From Octopus vulgaris (lineage: Eukaryota): DNA of 64,000 bases. Location: contig OX597830.1 of NCBI GenBank assembly GCA_951406725.2, positions 70,556,001 through 70,620,000 of the forward strand. Reading direction: 5' to 3'. A program made the translations under genes and the position numbers. Positions 1 through 13,000 of the stretch are shown in pieces. Numbering within the stretch: position 1 is the first letter of the stretch; the number at the start of each line of letters is the position of its first letter. The notes under the pieces were generated by a model, which was not told where the DNA came from, ran no database searches, and saw nothing but the letters and a program-made list of their open reading frames with translations.

Positions 1-38
1 GCTGCAGAAGTAAATAGAATTTTAACCAGAAGGACACA

Positions 39-381
<343 letters not shown>

Positions 382-571
382 TTGGATAGTCTTGACAACT
401 TGGTATAAATATTTATTTTCGAGGATATTAATATTAATTTTAATGATTATTTTATCCATCCATCCATACATACATATATACACACACATACATACATACA
501 TACATACATACATACATACATACATACATACATACATACATACATACATACATACATACATGCATACATAC

Positions 572-664
<93 letters not shown>

Positions 665-710
665 ACAATAATTGCGGCGCGGAAGGTGTTTAAAAGCCAT
701 TTAAAAACAG
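665..710 (+). mobile_element. Fragment homologous to the end of the 37708 fold-back element
   Basis: aattgcggcgcggaaggtgtttaaaagccatttaaaaaca resembles aattgcagcgtggaggtgtttataagccatttaagaaaca at 37712-37751; both start right after a (TA)n tract. Confidence 0.65.
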
Positions 711-1932
711 CGTAGGCACAGACGGACAGTCTGACATAAAGTGAAAGTATATCGATCTCCGACGGCAGACGCCATATGTATTCTGTTGTCCAATGAACTG
801 AACTACCAGATCATAGGCTTTGTCCGTAAGTGGCTGCGTATTCCGCGGGCTTGTGTACTCTTAATATAATCTCCCTGCAGAATCAGTGTGACATTCTTTG
901 TGACAAAGCAAGATTTTAAAATTAAAGTAAAATTCATCCTAGTGGCATCTGCATAATTCCTCCAACTCATGTTTACTCATAAAGGTATGAAAAAAGTTAC
1001 CAGCGTCCAGCAACAGTGAAAAAATTAATTTGCCTGCGCATAACGTAAATTATGCAGGAGATATGAGCCTTTTGCATAGAGTCTGGTTCATTCCATTCTA
1101 TATGAGCGTAAAAAGAAATGAAAATGGTAGTAAGACATGATATACATGATATACACGAAGTGTGTGAATATTAAGTTTTTAGTGGTACTTGACTCGTTGG
1201 AGAATGTCTAGAAATTAAGGAAGGCATAGAAAGCAACTTGGTACAAATAAAATTCCTGGATATACAATGCCCGTGCGCTCTAATTTCAATAAATAAGCAT
1301 TCTTATAGAAAACATAAATGTATCGCTTGTAGGCATTACAGAGAATGCATTCAATGCCAAAAGTTCTTATTTAGAAGAGCATTTAGTCTCTCCTACGCAA
1401 ACAATGTTCCACAAAAAGAAATCTATAGAACAAACTAAACCAAACTCTAATCAATAATGGTTATTCTAACAAACTAATACACCAAACTATAGAACAATCC
1501 AAATAGAAATATAGAGCAACGAACATGCGACACAATATCTATTTAAAGCACACAAACTACACATAAAATGTATTATATAAACCTAATGCGTACTAACTAT
1601 AAAATAGATCAACACATGGAAAGCCTCGTAAAAAGCAACATAAAGTGCATTACGCCAAACTATAAACTAACATTAATAATCTACAACAATACAAACCGCT
1701 GAAGTTTAAAACCTTATCGATAACAAACCACGAGCGTATAAACCCGCAAGTGATCTACTAATGCCCAGCATGGTTTATAAATCCGATTGTAAACATGAAA
1801 CTTGAGGACTTCATGACACCCACTGTCATATTTGTCCATATACGCGCGAAAATCCTTCGCTGGATCATTATTGGGCGTACAGTTCAGGGCGATTGTAATG
1901 CACCTATACAAGATTGTAATGCACCTGTACTA

Positions 1933-2220
1933 GGCACACGGCCTAGTGGTTTTGAGCAGCGGACTCGCGGTCGAGGGATCGCGGGTTCGAATCTCAGACC
2001 GGGCGATGTGTGTGTTTATGAGCGAAACACCTAAGCTCCACGCGGCTCCGGCAGAAAGGTAATGGCGAACTTCTGCTGACTCTTTCGCCACAAAATTTCT
2101 CACTATTTCCTCCTGCGATGGACCGGCATCCCATCCAGGTGGGGAACCTATACGCCAACGAAACCGGGAAACCGGCCCTTATGAGCCAGGCATGGCTCGA
2201 GAAGGAAGAAACAACAAAGA
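1933..2220 (+). mobile_element. SINE family C (tRNA-derived head, RTE-like 3' tail)
   Basis: A-box ggcctagtgg, B-box ggttcgaatct, tail gaaaccgggaaaccggcccttatgagcc..ggctcgagaagg ending in (AAC)-type repeats; close inverted copy at 16943-17255. Confidence 0.85.
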
Positions 2221-2780
2221 AACCTATACAAGACATCTAAAAGAAATCTTGCCATGGAAAAAAAAAACCTAAATATCGCCAGCAATGCATACAGAATCTC
2301 TTCAAAAAATAGATGATTAATCACAAAAATAATGAGCATGGCATTGTTTAATGTTAAAATAATCTCGCAAATGACATACATTAATCATTTACAAAAATAT
2401 AAACCTGAGTGGTGACGATTGAAATTCAAATTCCAGTGGTAATATCTGCATCAATTATATTATTTTGACTTCAATAAACAGAGACTACGCTCGCGAATAT
2501 TAAGAAAAAAATATCGAACCTTTTTATTGACTTGGTACTTTTATTAGCTACTCCTAAAGAAGAAACAGCGAATTTGTTCTTCGGCGAGACTTGAGTCAGA
2601 GCTCATAAATCTAGAACAAATACTGCAAAACATTCTATACGAGCTCCTAATATACTATTCAATACTAAACACATGTAAACTCTAATAAAGTCTACAATAT
2701 TACATATACACCATGTTGTGTCAAAGGTTTTATCGGATTTTCACCGATGATTTTTTTTTTGTCAAATTGTATCTGTATGT

Positions 2781-3168
2781 TACTCTTTTACTTGTTTCAG
2801 TCATTTGACTGTGACCATGCTAGAGCACCGCCTTTTAGTCGAGTAAATCGACCCCAGGACTTATTCTTTATAAGCCTAGTACTTATTCTATCGGTCTCTT
2901 TTGTCGAACCGCTAAGTTATGGGGACGTAAACCCACCAGTATCAGTTGTCAAGCGATGTTGGGGGGTGGGGGCAAACACAGACACACACACACACACACA
3001 CATACATATATACGACTGGCTTCTTTCAGTTTCTGTCTACCAAATCCACTCAAAAGGCTGTGGTCGGCCCGAAGCCGTAGTAGAAGACACTTGCCCAAGG
3101 TGCTACGCAGTGGGACTGAACCCAGAACCATGTGGTTGGTAAGCAAGTTACTTACCACACAGCCTATG
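2781..3168 (-). mobile_element. SINE family A, near full length (tRNA head, CORE-like ccttgggcaagtgtctt, internal microsatellite, CR1-like tail)
   Basis: Reverse complement aligns by eye along its length to the plus copy at 22814-23220. Confidence 0.9.
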
Positions 3169-3269
3169 ATTAATTTCATAGAACTTGTTGTCCAATCATT
3201 GTTGGGTTGTTTATTCTTTATTTTCATAAATAATTCTTCTTCTTTATGTTACAGCTTGGATAATCACTG

Positions 3270-4271
3270 ATACAAAAAAAATGCAATTCGAGTCATTTTA
3301 CGGTACCTGTGTTGACAATGACTGAGTGAAAGAACAGCAGAAAACGAAACTAAAGATGTGGAAGACCCAGGAAATGTCAACAAATGAGTGGTAACTCCAG
3401 CCTCGAAGACAAACCAAAGCCAGTGAGAGCCTCCGTCGCGGAAGACGTGGCCTTGCTTGAAATGGTTGAACAAAGTTAAGCAGAAGCACTCGTGCACTGT
3501 CGGTAGGAGGTAGTCCTTCACAAAGAACCACCAATTCACACCTCCGTAATCTCGGCCTTATGAACAGACGTTATCGAGAAGTTCTTCCTGACCTGACCTG
3601 ACCAATGACCAACCTTAACAACGTCTGAACATTTGTAAACAACTGCTGGTAAATCCTTGAGAAGCTCATTATTGGCGTCGAATTGTAACTGGGGCTGAAA
3701 AATGGATCTACTTTGGTAATCCTAATGAGAGAGGTCAGTATCTCGTTCCAGCCAGGGTTCAGAATCCGCTGGCAAACAAAAGCGCTTGAACAGAAGGTCA
3801 TGCTGTGTGATTGGTGGAATTTCGAGGAGGTATTGCACGTTGAGATTGTTTCAAATGGTCATGCTGTGAACACTAACCTTTATGATTAACAGATGCAGCG
3901 AATATATGCTGATTTCAAAACCCGCTTCTCAACATTGGTCAGTCAAAGACATGCACTGCTACGGCATGAAGTTTCCACAGCACACGCTGCCGATGTAACT
4001 AAGCGCAAACTTTAGGAACTTATGGAGCTGGAATTGCTGCCTTACCTTACCTTACCTACAGTTCAGACCTGGCACCACCAGATTATCACCTTTTCCCAGT
4101 CAGGGCTCATTTCCTATATGGACGGAGGTTCAACGATGTGGATAAGGCTTAAAACGGGTGCAATGAGTTTTTGCCTAAAAATCAACCAAATGATATAAGC
4201 GTTGAATTGAGTTTCTGGCACAATTATGGTAACAAACAATAGAAAATGATAGGATATATTATGTTGAATAA
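3270..4271 (+). pseudogene. Decayed mariner transposase
   Basis: Broken frames give LEDKP, WWNFEEVLHVE..NGHAVN and YSSDLAPPDYHLF (~4057-4095, mariner YSPDLAPxDYHLF motif); stops and frameshifts throughout. Confidence 0.85.
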
Positions 4272-4279
4272 ACGTTTTC

Positions 4280-5092
4280 CGTAGTTATCAGTAGTTTGCG
4301 ATGAAAACACAGGGTTCTGAGTTCAGTCTCATTGTATGACACCTTGGGCGAGTGTCTTCTGTTATAGCTCCGGATCGATCGTAGTCATGTGAGTGAATTT
4401 GGAAGATGGACACTAAAATAATCCCATCTTATATATATATAGGAATAAAAATTTATATATAAAGAGACGAACACAGAAAACAGACAAGTCATTCGAAGCC
4501 TTTAATCTTCAGACAGAAACCGGATCATCATAGCAAATTTCGGCTGATTAATTCTGATATTTGCTCCAACACGGCCAGCCCCGAGGAAAAACTAAGCTGT
4601 GAGCATTAGATTTCTTGGTAAAAGGAACGAAGGTAAACGCAACAGAGACGAATATAAACACAAAAAACGAAAACAAAATTGAAAACAAGAATGGTTAACA
4701 GCAGGTGTCTTACGACTTTAGACAAAATGATACAAAAATATATACACGCACACACACAGGTATATATGTATATGTATGTATGTACTTCGCACATGCACAC
4801 ACAGACACACATACACATACACACAAACACACGCATGCACACAAATACACACACGTTTATATATTGGGTTGGTGCATAATTATTGCGGTTTGTTTTCCAA
4901 ATTTTATTCAACAAAAATAACAACATGTAACAAAAACATCTTTAAATGATTATTCCGGAGCATATTCACCATCTACTTCAACTATTGCTTCCCATTTGCT
5001 TGGGAGACGGTCAGACCGTCATTTAAAGATGATTTTGATAAATATTGTTATTGTTTTTGTTGAATAAAATTTATTGAACAAAAAACCCCGAA

Positions 5093-5137
<45 letters not shown>

Positions 5138-5360
5138 CGTTTTTGTGTTTGTGTTTGATGTACCACACACCGCTTGACAACCGTTATTGGTTTGTTTATG
5201 TCCACATAACTTAGCAGTTCGGCGAAAGAACCCGACAGAATAAAAAACCAGGGTTAAAAACAAAAATAAATTCAGCGGGTGGGATTTGTTCGACTAAATC
5301 CTCTCAAAATGGATGCCCCAGGATGACAGCAGTTTAAAGACTGAAACCAGTTTAAAATAA
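4280..5360 (+). mobile_element. SINE A split by nested insertions (head ~4280-4430, tail ~5140-5360)
   Basis: Head and CORE-like motif accttgggcgagtgtctt on the left, cgcttgacaacc..ctgaaac tail on the right; unrelated elements lie in the internal microsatellite. Confidence 0.7.
4862..5095. mobile_element. Mariner-derived MITE with long imperfect TIRs
   Basis: Left end tattgggttggtgcataattattgcgg resembles the Hsmar1/MADE1-type TIR; ~4900-4949 is inverted at ~5019-5071; minus strand core encodes the transposase C-terminus LPSKWEAIVEVDGEY. Confidence 0.75.
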
Positions 5361-6530
5361 TAGATAATCAATGAAACTCACCAGTGACATCTGCCGTCAA
5401 TATAATTTGGCTACGTTAATCGTAATACACAAGAAAGAAAAAAACGGAAAAAGAAAATCAAAGTAGAATAATATTTTACTGTATTTTATTATTCACAACT
5501 TTCTTTACATTTAAAATATTATTTAAAAATTCTTTTTTACGAATCTTAAAATTTTATTTTATTATTTTTTTCCTTTTTTCTATCCTTCTTTTCATGTGGT
5601 TTACATAAGTTTCAATGTTTTATGGGTGAAGAAATGGATGCAAATAGTTAAACAGAGTTATGTAAAAGAACAGCTGGTATAATAGATTTACTCTGTATGG
5701 CATAAAGAAGTAAACTTTTGGTCGGGCGTTAAACATTTTAACTGATAAACATAAAATGTTAAATGCGACCTGTGCACACACCAACAAAACAAAAATTATG
5801 TAACAGACGGGAAGTATAAACTTGTTACATATTTCCATTGTAAATCAATGCAATGATTTCAGACAAAGCCTTCTCGACACTAAGAAACGAATTTGGGTGG
5901 AGATATAGTCGATTATATTGACCACCTATCGGGGTAAAATGTAAACACAAATCGACCACCGTGTGTCGTACGGGTACGTAACCACAGACAATGTGGTGTT
6001 TTGTCCCCCGTTCTCTCCTATGTCTCTTTCTCTGTCCCTCTGTCTGTTAGTCTACCAGTCCGCCTGTCTGCCTGCCTGCGTGTCTGTTTCTCTCTCTCTC
6101 TCCTCCTATCTTTCTCTCTATCTCTCTCTCTTTCTAGAATTCTTTTTTTAACGACCGCCATTAAATTTCTAATTAATATGATTATTGCCTATTGAATACG
6201 TGCTAATTTCAACGCCGATTGATTGGTATCCATTCCATTATAAAGAGTTTGGGAATTGTAATTTCATTTTCTTTATTGAGATAGTTCACTGGGAGAGACG
6301 TTAGCTCGTCAAACAAAATATTTAGCGGCATTTTTTGACGTTTTACATTCTGAGTTCAAATCCCACCGACACAGTTCAAATCAACTGTATCTTCCTCCTC
6401 TTCAGGGTCGATAAAATAAAGTACTCCATCAAAATTGGTGGCCTTGGAAATGCTTAGTTCTAGGTTACTTATAATCTATGGAAACAGAATAACGAAATTT
6501 ATGAGTTCTAGTGTTCAACAAAAACAAAAT

Positions 6531-6750
6531 AATCCTTTCTACTATAGCCGCAAGGCCTAAAATTTGCGGGGAGGGGGTAAGTTGATTACTTCGACCCCAG
6601 TGCGTAACTGATATTTATTTTAATCGACGCCGAAAGGATGAAGGGCAAAGTCGACACCTCGGTGGAATTTGAACTCAGAACGAAAAGACGTTCGAAACGC
6701 TGCTAAGCATTCTGCCCGACGTGCAAACGACTCTGCCAACTCATCGCCTT
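6531..6750 (-). mobile_element. SINE family B, full length, tail type 2 (ggccttg..tatagtagaaagga)
   Basis: Head ggcgatgagttggcaga, B-box gagttcaaatt, central gtcgactttgcccttcatcctttcgg domain. Confidence 0.85.
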
Positions 6751-6884
6751 ATTGGACATTTTTTGTAAAAGTAGAAATAGTTGAATAATTTTATGAGTCA
6801 CAATTACTTTGAAAATCATTTTCAATATATCACCTGTGACTCACTCAAGTGTCTGAGTCTAATACTTTGAAACAATAAGAAGTA

Positions 6885-7273
6885 CTAATTACGCACTGGG
6901 GTCGACGTAATCGACTTAATCCGTTTGTCTGTCCTTGTTCGTCCCCTCTTTGTGTTTAGCCCCTTGTAAGTAGTAAAGAAATAGGTATTTCGTCTGCTGC
7001 TACGTTCTGAGTTCAAATTTCGCCGAGGTCGACTTTGCCTTTCATCCTTTCGGGATCAATTAAATAAGTACCAGTTACGCATTGGGGTCGATATAATCTA
7101 TTTAATCCGTTTCTCTGTCCTTGTTTGTCCTCTCTCTGTGTAGCTCCTTGTGGGTAGTAAAGAAATAGATTATATCGACCCCAATGCGTAACTGGTACTT
7201 ATTTAATTGATCCCGAAAGGATGAAAGGCAATGTTGACCTCGGCGGAATTTGAACTCAGAACGTAGCGGCAGA
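6885..7273. mobile_element. SINE B head-to-tail partial dimer followed by an inverted copy
   Basis: Plus units to ~7167; 7163-7273 is the reverse complement of 6993-7103. Confidence 0.85.
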
Positions 7274-7975
7274 ACAATAACAATATTAAGTCCTTAAAGT
7301 GTCTGAAGCTGTGAAACAATAAGGCGAATAACTCACTCAAGCATCTCAAGCTTTGAAACAATAAGGCGAGTCTTTGAAATAATAAGAAGGCGAGTAACTC
7401 ACTCAAGTGTTTGAAGCTGTGAAACAATAAGGCGAGGAACGAATAAAAGTTTCCGAATCATTGAATCAAGGAGAGGGCAAGTAATACATTCAAGTGTCTG
7501 AAACGTTGAAAGAGTATGAATGTGAGTAACTCACTACTGAGTAATCTGAAGTTTTGAAGCAATAAGACGGCGAGTAACTTACTGAAGTGTCTGTAGCTTT
7601 GAAAGAACAAGATGGAGCGGAACTCACTGACGTATTTGAAGGTTGGAAACAATAAGCAGACGAGTAAGTCACCCAAGTGTCTGAAGCCTTGAAACAATAA
7701 GAAGTCGAGTAACTCACTCCAGTGTCTGAAGCTTTGTAACAAGGCGTGTAACACACTCAGGTGTCTGAAGCTTTGAAAAAATAAGAAGTCGAGTAACTCA
7801 CTCAAGTGTCTGGAGCTATGAAACAACTTACTGAAGTGTCTGAATCTTTATAACAATGAGAAGGCGTGTAACTCACTAAAGAGTATGAAGCTTTGAAACG
7901 TTAAGAAGGTGAGTAATTTACTTAAGTATATGAAGCGTTGAGACAATAAGAAGGCGAGTAACTCATTCAAGTTTC

Positions 7976-8903
7976 ATATTTCTTTACTATCCACAAGGAG
8001 CTACACAGAGAGGGGACAAAAAAGGACAGAGAAACGGATTAAGTCGATTATATCGACCCCAGCGCGTAACTGGTACTTAATATATCGACCCCGAAAGGAT
8101 GAAAGGCAAAGTCGACCTCAGCAGAACTTGAACTCAGAACGTAACGGCAGACGAAATACCTATTTCTTTACTACCCACAAGGGGCTAAACACAAAGAGGG
8201 GACGAACAAGGACAGACAAACGGATTAAGTCGATTGCGTCGACCCCAGTGCGTAACTGGTACTTAGTTTATCGACCCTGAAAGGATGAAAGGCAAAGTCG
8301 ACCTCAGCAGAACTTGAACTCAGAACGTAGCAGCAGACGAAATATCTATTTCTTTACTACCCACAAGGGGCTAAACACAAAGAGGGGACGAACAAGGACA
8401 GACAAACGGATTAAGTCGATTGCGTCGACCCCAGTGCGTAACTGGTACTTAGTTTATCGACCTCGAAAGAATGAAAGGCAAAAGTCGACCTCAGCAGAAC
8501 TTTGAACTCAGAACGTAGCGGCAGACGAAATACCTATTTCTTTACTACCCACACAGAGAAGACAAACAAGGACAGACAAACGGATTAAGTCGATTGCGTC
8601 GACCCCAGTGCGTAACTGGTACTTAGTTTATCGACCCTGAAAGGATGAAAGGCAGAGTCGACCTCAGCAGAACTTGAACTCAGAACGTAGCGGCCGACAA
8701 AATACCTCTTTCTTTACTACCCACAAGGGGCCAAACACAGAGAAGACAAACAAGGACAGACAAACGGATTAAGTCGATTGCGTCGACCCCAGTGCGTAAT
8801 TGGTACTTAGTTTATCGACTCAGAAAGGCAAAGTCGACCTCGGCAGACAAAATACCGCTAAGCATTTCGCCCGGCGTGCTAACAATTCTGCCAGCTCGCC
8901 GCC
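7976..8903 (-). mobile_element. SINE B pentamer (one head, five ~172-188-bp bodies) flanked by a 10-bp TSD
   Basis: Units start at ~7977, 8161, 8347, 8535, 8707; TSD ttcaagtttc at 7966-7975 and 8904-8913. Confidence 0.9.
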
Positions 8904-9015
8904 TTCAAGTTTCTGAAACTTTAAAACAATAAGGTGAGTAACACAGTCAAGTGTTTGAATCTTCTCGTGAATATTTCGAAATGTTTAAGGCATTATCATT
9001 AGTTACTTTCCATGG

Positions 9016-10049
9016 TGCTCGGATAATAGGAGAGTCAGTAACTTCTGGGTCTCGGGTTAGGTCAAAATTTTCAATTCATCTGAAAGGTATTATATAAAGA
9101 AGTAAAATGCCCACTAAAATTACTTCTTAATGTACATGAACATGGGCTATTTTAGAAATATTTGCTCGGATAATAGGAGAGTCAGTAACTTCTGGGTCTC
9201 GGGTTAGGTCAAAATTTTCAATTCATCTGAAAGGTATTATGTAAAGAAGTAAAATGCCCACTAAAATTACTTCTTAATGTACATGAACGTGGGCTATTTT
9301 AGAAATATTTGCTCGGATAATAGGAGAGTCAGTAACTTCTGGGTCTCGGGTTGGGTCAAAATTTTCAATTCATCTGAAAGGTATTATATAAAGAAGTAAA
9401 ATGCCCACTAAAATTACTTCTTAATGTACATGAACATGGGCTATTTTAGAAATATTTGCTCGGATAATAGGAGAGTTAGTAACTTCTGGGTCTCGGGTTC
9501 GGGTTGGTCAAAATTTTCAATTCATCTGAAAGGTATTATATAAAGAAGTAAAATGCCCACTAAAATTACTTCTTAATGTACATGAACGTGGGCTATTTTA
9601 GAAATATTTGCTCGGATAATAGGAGAGTCAGTAACTTCTGGGTCTCGGGTTAGGTCAAATTTTTCAATTCATCTGAAAGGTATTATGTAAAGAAGTAAAA
9701 TGCCCACTAAAATTACTTCTTAATGTACATGAACATGGGCTATTTTAGAAATATTTGCTCGGATAATAGGAGAGTCAGTAACTTCTGGGTCTCGGGTTAG
9801 GTCAAAATTTTCAATTCATCTGAAAGGTATTATGTAAAGAAGTAAAATGCCCACTAAAATTACTTCTTAATGTACATGAACGTGGGCTATTTTAGAAATA
9901 TTTGCTCGGATAATAGGAGAGTTAGTAACTTCTGGGTCTCGGGTTAGGTCAAAATTTTCAATTCATCTGAAAGGTATTATGTAAAGAAGTAAAATGCCCA
10001 CTAAAATTACTTCTTAATGTACATGAATGTGGGCTATTTTAGAAATATT
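9016..10049. repeat. Tandem array, 7 x 147 bp (unit 4 is 152 bp)
   Basis: tgctcggataatagg starts at 9016, 9163, 9310, 9457, 9609, 9756 and 9903; units differ by few substitutions. Confidence 0.97.
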
Positions 10050-10439
10050 TACTCGCCAAAACTTCCGTCTCAAAATGAGGAATGAAAGGCACCAGAGGAA
10101 AAAGTAACACTGGATATTTGCAACTTATATCATGGTTTCCATGTAACTGCGAAAACACAAGAATATTTTTCTGTACAAACACACACACAAATGCACGTGT
10201 GTGTGCGTATACACACGACGGTCTTCCACGTTGCTTCTGTCTACTAGATTCGCTCACTGGCCATTAGTCGTTCAGGGGCTCTTGTAGAAGTTTCTTAGCA
10301 AAGGTGCCACTAGTGGGACTGAACTTGGACCCACGTGGTTGAAAAGGAAGGTTCTTACTCACATAGCTATGCCTGCTGCCATCGAAATTTGACGGAGAGG
10401 GTTTGGGTTATACATGATTTATTTAGTTAATGATCTCTT

Positions 10440-10582
10440 TTACTCTTTTACTCTTTTAGTTATTTGAATGTGGCCATGCTGGAGCACTTCATATAGGTGA
10501 ACAAATCGACCCCAGGACTTATTCTTTGTAAGCTTAGTACTTTTTCTATCGGTCTCTTTTGCCCTTTATGGATATATATACA

Positions 10583-10637
<55 letters not shown>

Positions 10638-10812
10638 ATATATATATATATATATATTGTTGTGTTTACGGCCCCGTAACTTAGGAGTTCGGCAAAAGAA
10701 ACCAATAGAATAAGTACTAGGCTTACAAAGAATAAGTCGTGGGGTCGATTTGTTCGCCTATAGGAGCTGCTCCAGCATGGCCGCAGTCAAATGACTAAAA
10801 CAAGTAAAAGAA
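10440..10812. mobile_element. Two SINE A 3' tails in inverted orientation around a microsatellite
   Basis: Minus tail ~10440-10562 and plus tail ~10660-10812. Confidence 0.8.
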
Positions 10813-11449
10813 TACCTACACGCACACACACACACACACATATCTAAATGTGTTTGTGTGTGAATATATGTGTGTGTGTGTGTATATGTATATATATATA
10901 TACACCTATATATTTATATCTATATATATACACCTATATATTGAATTGTACACACATACACGCACATACCTATACATGCATACGAGGTGTACATACACGC
11001 ACATATTTATACTCGTGTCTGATGCGGTCATGTTTGTACATATGTAGCTGTCTGTATATATGTTGTTTGATTGTATCTATTAGCCCTGATTATGGCATGT
11101 TTGTGATTTGCTTATGATTCCGACGCAGATGGCATTCGAAACCACGAGTCATAAAAAAAGCCAGATCAAATCATAGGCATCCAAGTGCGGCGCCGCTATT
11201 CCTAAATAGATCGGAAATCCTTAACTTTGCGACTGGCTGAGGTCAATGGCACAGTTTCAGGTCTTGAGAAGACAGCAAATGCAATAAAATTAACGTTGAA
11301 GGTTATCGTTAAAAACCGCTGGTGTGACTTCCTAACTGGAGAAGAAAAACATTGAGTTTTTAAACTCGAATGCCAAACATATGCATTCACACGGATAGAG
11401 AAAGACAAGTACACACAAACACAACTACACATACAAAAACATATGCATA

Positions 11450-11523
<74 letters not shown>

Positions 11524-11836
11524 TGTATGTATATATTTGTTCGTTTTCGCGTGTGTATGTACAGAAAAAATAAATAGAGGTTTATATTCGAGTGCGTGCA
11601 TCTATGTCATATATCGCGTGTGTATGTATGAAGATGGAGGACCCCCCCTCAGACACACACGTACATACACATAAATGTTATATATATATCTATATATTTT
11701 GTACATATATATATATATATATTATCTATCTATCTATCTGTCTATCTATGAGTTTACACACACACACACACACACAGACACACACACACACACACACAAA
11801 CATACTCACACAAAAAGACGAACAAATATATCTATA

Positions 11837-12208
11837 CTAGCAGTATCGCCCGGCGTTGCTCGGGTTTGTAAGGGAAATAATTATAAAGCATTTTTAGAGA
11901 GTTATAGCCAAAAAATGGGAAAAAAATGATGGTAATTTTTTTTTTAGTTAAAAAGGTCGAGTTGCGTCCCCTAGACAGTCTGTGGTTTGTGTTTCTAATT
12001 CTCGACCCCATGTCGAATTTATCGATTTTTTTTCAGAACTGGGGGAACTTTTCAAAATTTTAGCTGCGTTAGTTTTGAATTATGACATTGGGCTATGTGT
12101 GTGTCAAGTTTCATCAGAATCGGTTGAAAGCCGTGGTCAGAGTGAGGGTACAACCTGACAGACACACAGAAACACACACAGACAAACTGCCGTTTATATA
12201 TAGAGAGA
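11837..12208 (-). mobile_element. Non-autonomous Helitron
   Basis: Minus strand reads A|TC...cccgagcaacgccggg hairpin..CTAG|T, with no TSD; canonical Helitron termini. Confidence 0.85.
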
Positions 12209-12329
12209 TGTCCAAACTAGGCGTTGTATATACCGAATAGTTAAGATGCTCTCTTAGCAATCGCATAGTTTCAATATCCAATCCCACGGCATCTCGCATA
12301 GATGTCATTTTATTTTATTTTCTGTAGGC

Positions 12330-13000
12330 ACCACGTTGACCAAAATCTTATGAATGAGAATGGTCAGACAAAAACAGTAAAGAAACCTGCCATGGGGGAA
12401 AACCATTGGGCCGGCGGATTTCCAAGATATAGCCCCTCCAGATCATCACATATTCTCTTCCATGTTTAACAGTTGGAAGAAGGCAGTCTGGGTCAAATGC
12501 TTCTTTTGGCTGTCTCCACACGTTTTCTTGGACAGTGGTCAGAAATAAGGTAAAGGATGACTTGTCTGAGAAATAAAATTTTGTAGGTTTCTTTTACACC
12601 ACTCTAAACGCTTTGCAACGTTTGTTTTTGAAAGAAGAGGTTTTCTGATTGCAGCTCTCCCGTGAAACCCGGCTTTGTGCAGCTCCCGGCGAACAGTTTT
12701 TGTGGAAACTGGGTTCTCGATGGGTTCTCGTTAAGCTCTGCAGTAATTCTAGGAGCTGTACTTTTGTGATCCTTTCTAACAATTCGCGTAAGAGTCCGAT
12801 GGTCCCTATCTGATAGTTTGGGTTTTCTTCTGGAATTGTGTTTCGACGAGGAGGTTTTTCTCTCCTTCTCAAAGTCTGTTTTGAGACAGTACGTCTTGAT
12901 ACACCAAACATTTCGGCTGTTTTCGTTACACGAATGCCAGCCATACGAGCACCAACAATTTGACCTCTTTGAAAATCCGCTAGATGCCATTTTAATGAAT
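12330..13000 (-). pseudogene. Decayed Tc1-like transposase, N-terminal half
   Basis: Frames give FQRGQIVGARMAGIRVTKTAEMFGVSRRTVSK (HTH), RKPKLSDRDHRTLTRIVRKD and FDPDCLLPTVKHG..VMIW. Confidence 0.88.

Larger units (their letters stand above)
6835..8960. repeat. Degenerate ~40-45-bp minisatellite (aagtgtctgaagctttgaaacaataagaaggcgagtaactcactc) interrupted by SINE B arrays
   Basis: More than a dozen diverged units at 7274-7975, with remnants at ~6835-6885 and ~8904-8960. Confidence 0.85.

Noticed and set aside
1933-2000. tRNA-like heads here and near 16700-16775 and 17180-17255
   Set aside because: They continue into SINE bodies, two with clear TSDs; not standalone tRNA genes.
4486-4590. Minus-strand ctgaaga and cagccgaaa motifs in the nested insert
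   Set aside because: They cannot be assembled into one consistent three-way junction.
7203-7826. Minus-strand ORFs with repeating FRHLSELL that look LRR-like
   Set aside because: They derive from a ~45-bp minisatellite with frame-breaking unit lengths; no LxxLxLxxN periodicity.
6835-10049. Regular repeats as a possible CRISPR array
   Set aside because: Units are contiguous with no unique spacers, there are no cas genes, and the context is eukaryotic.
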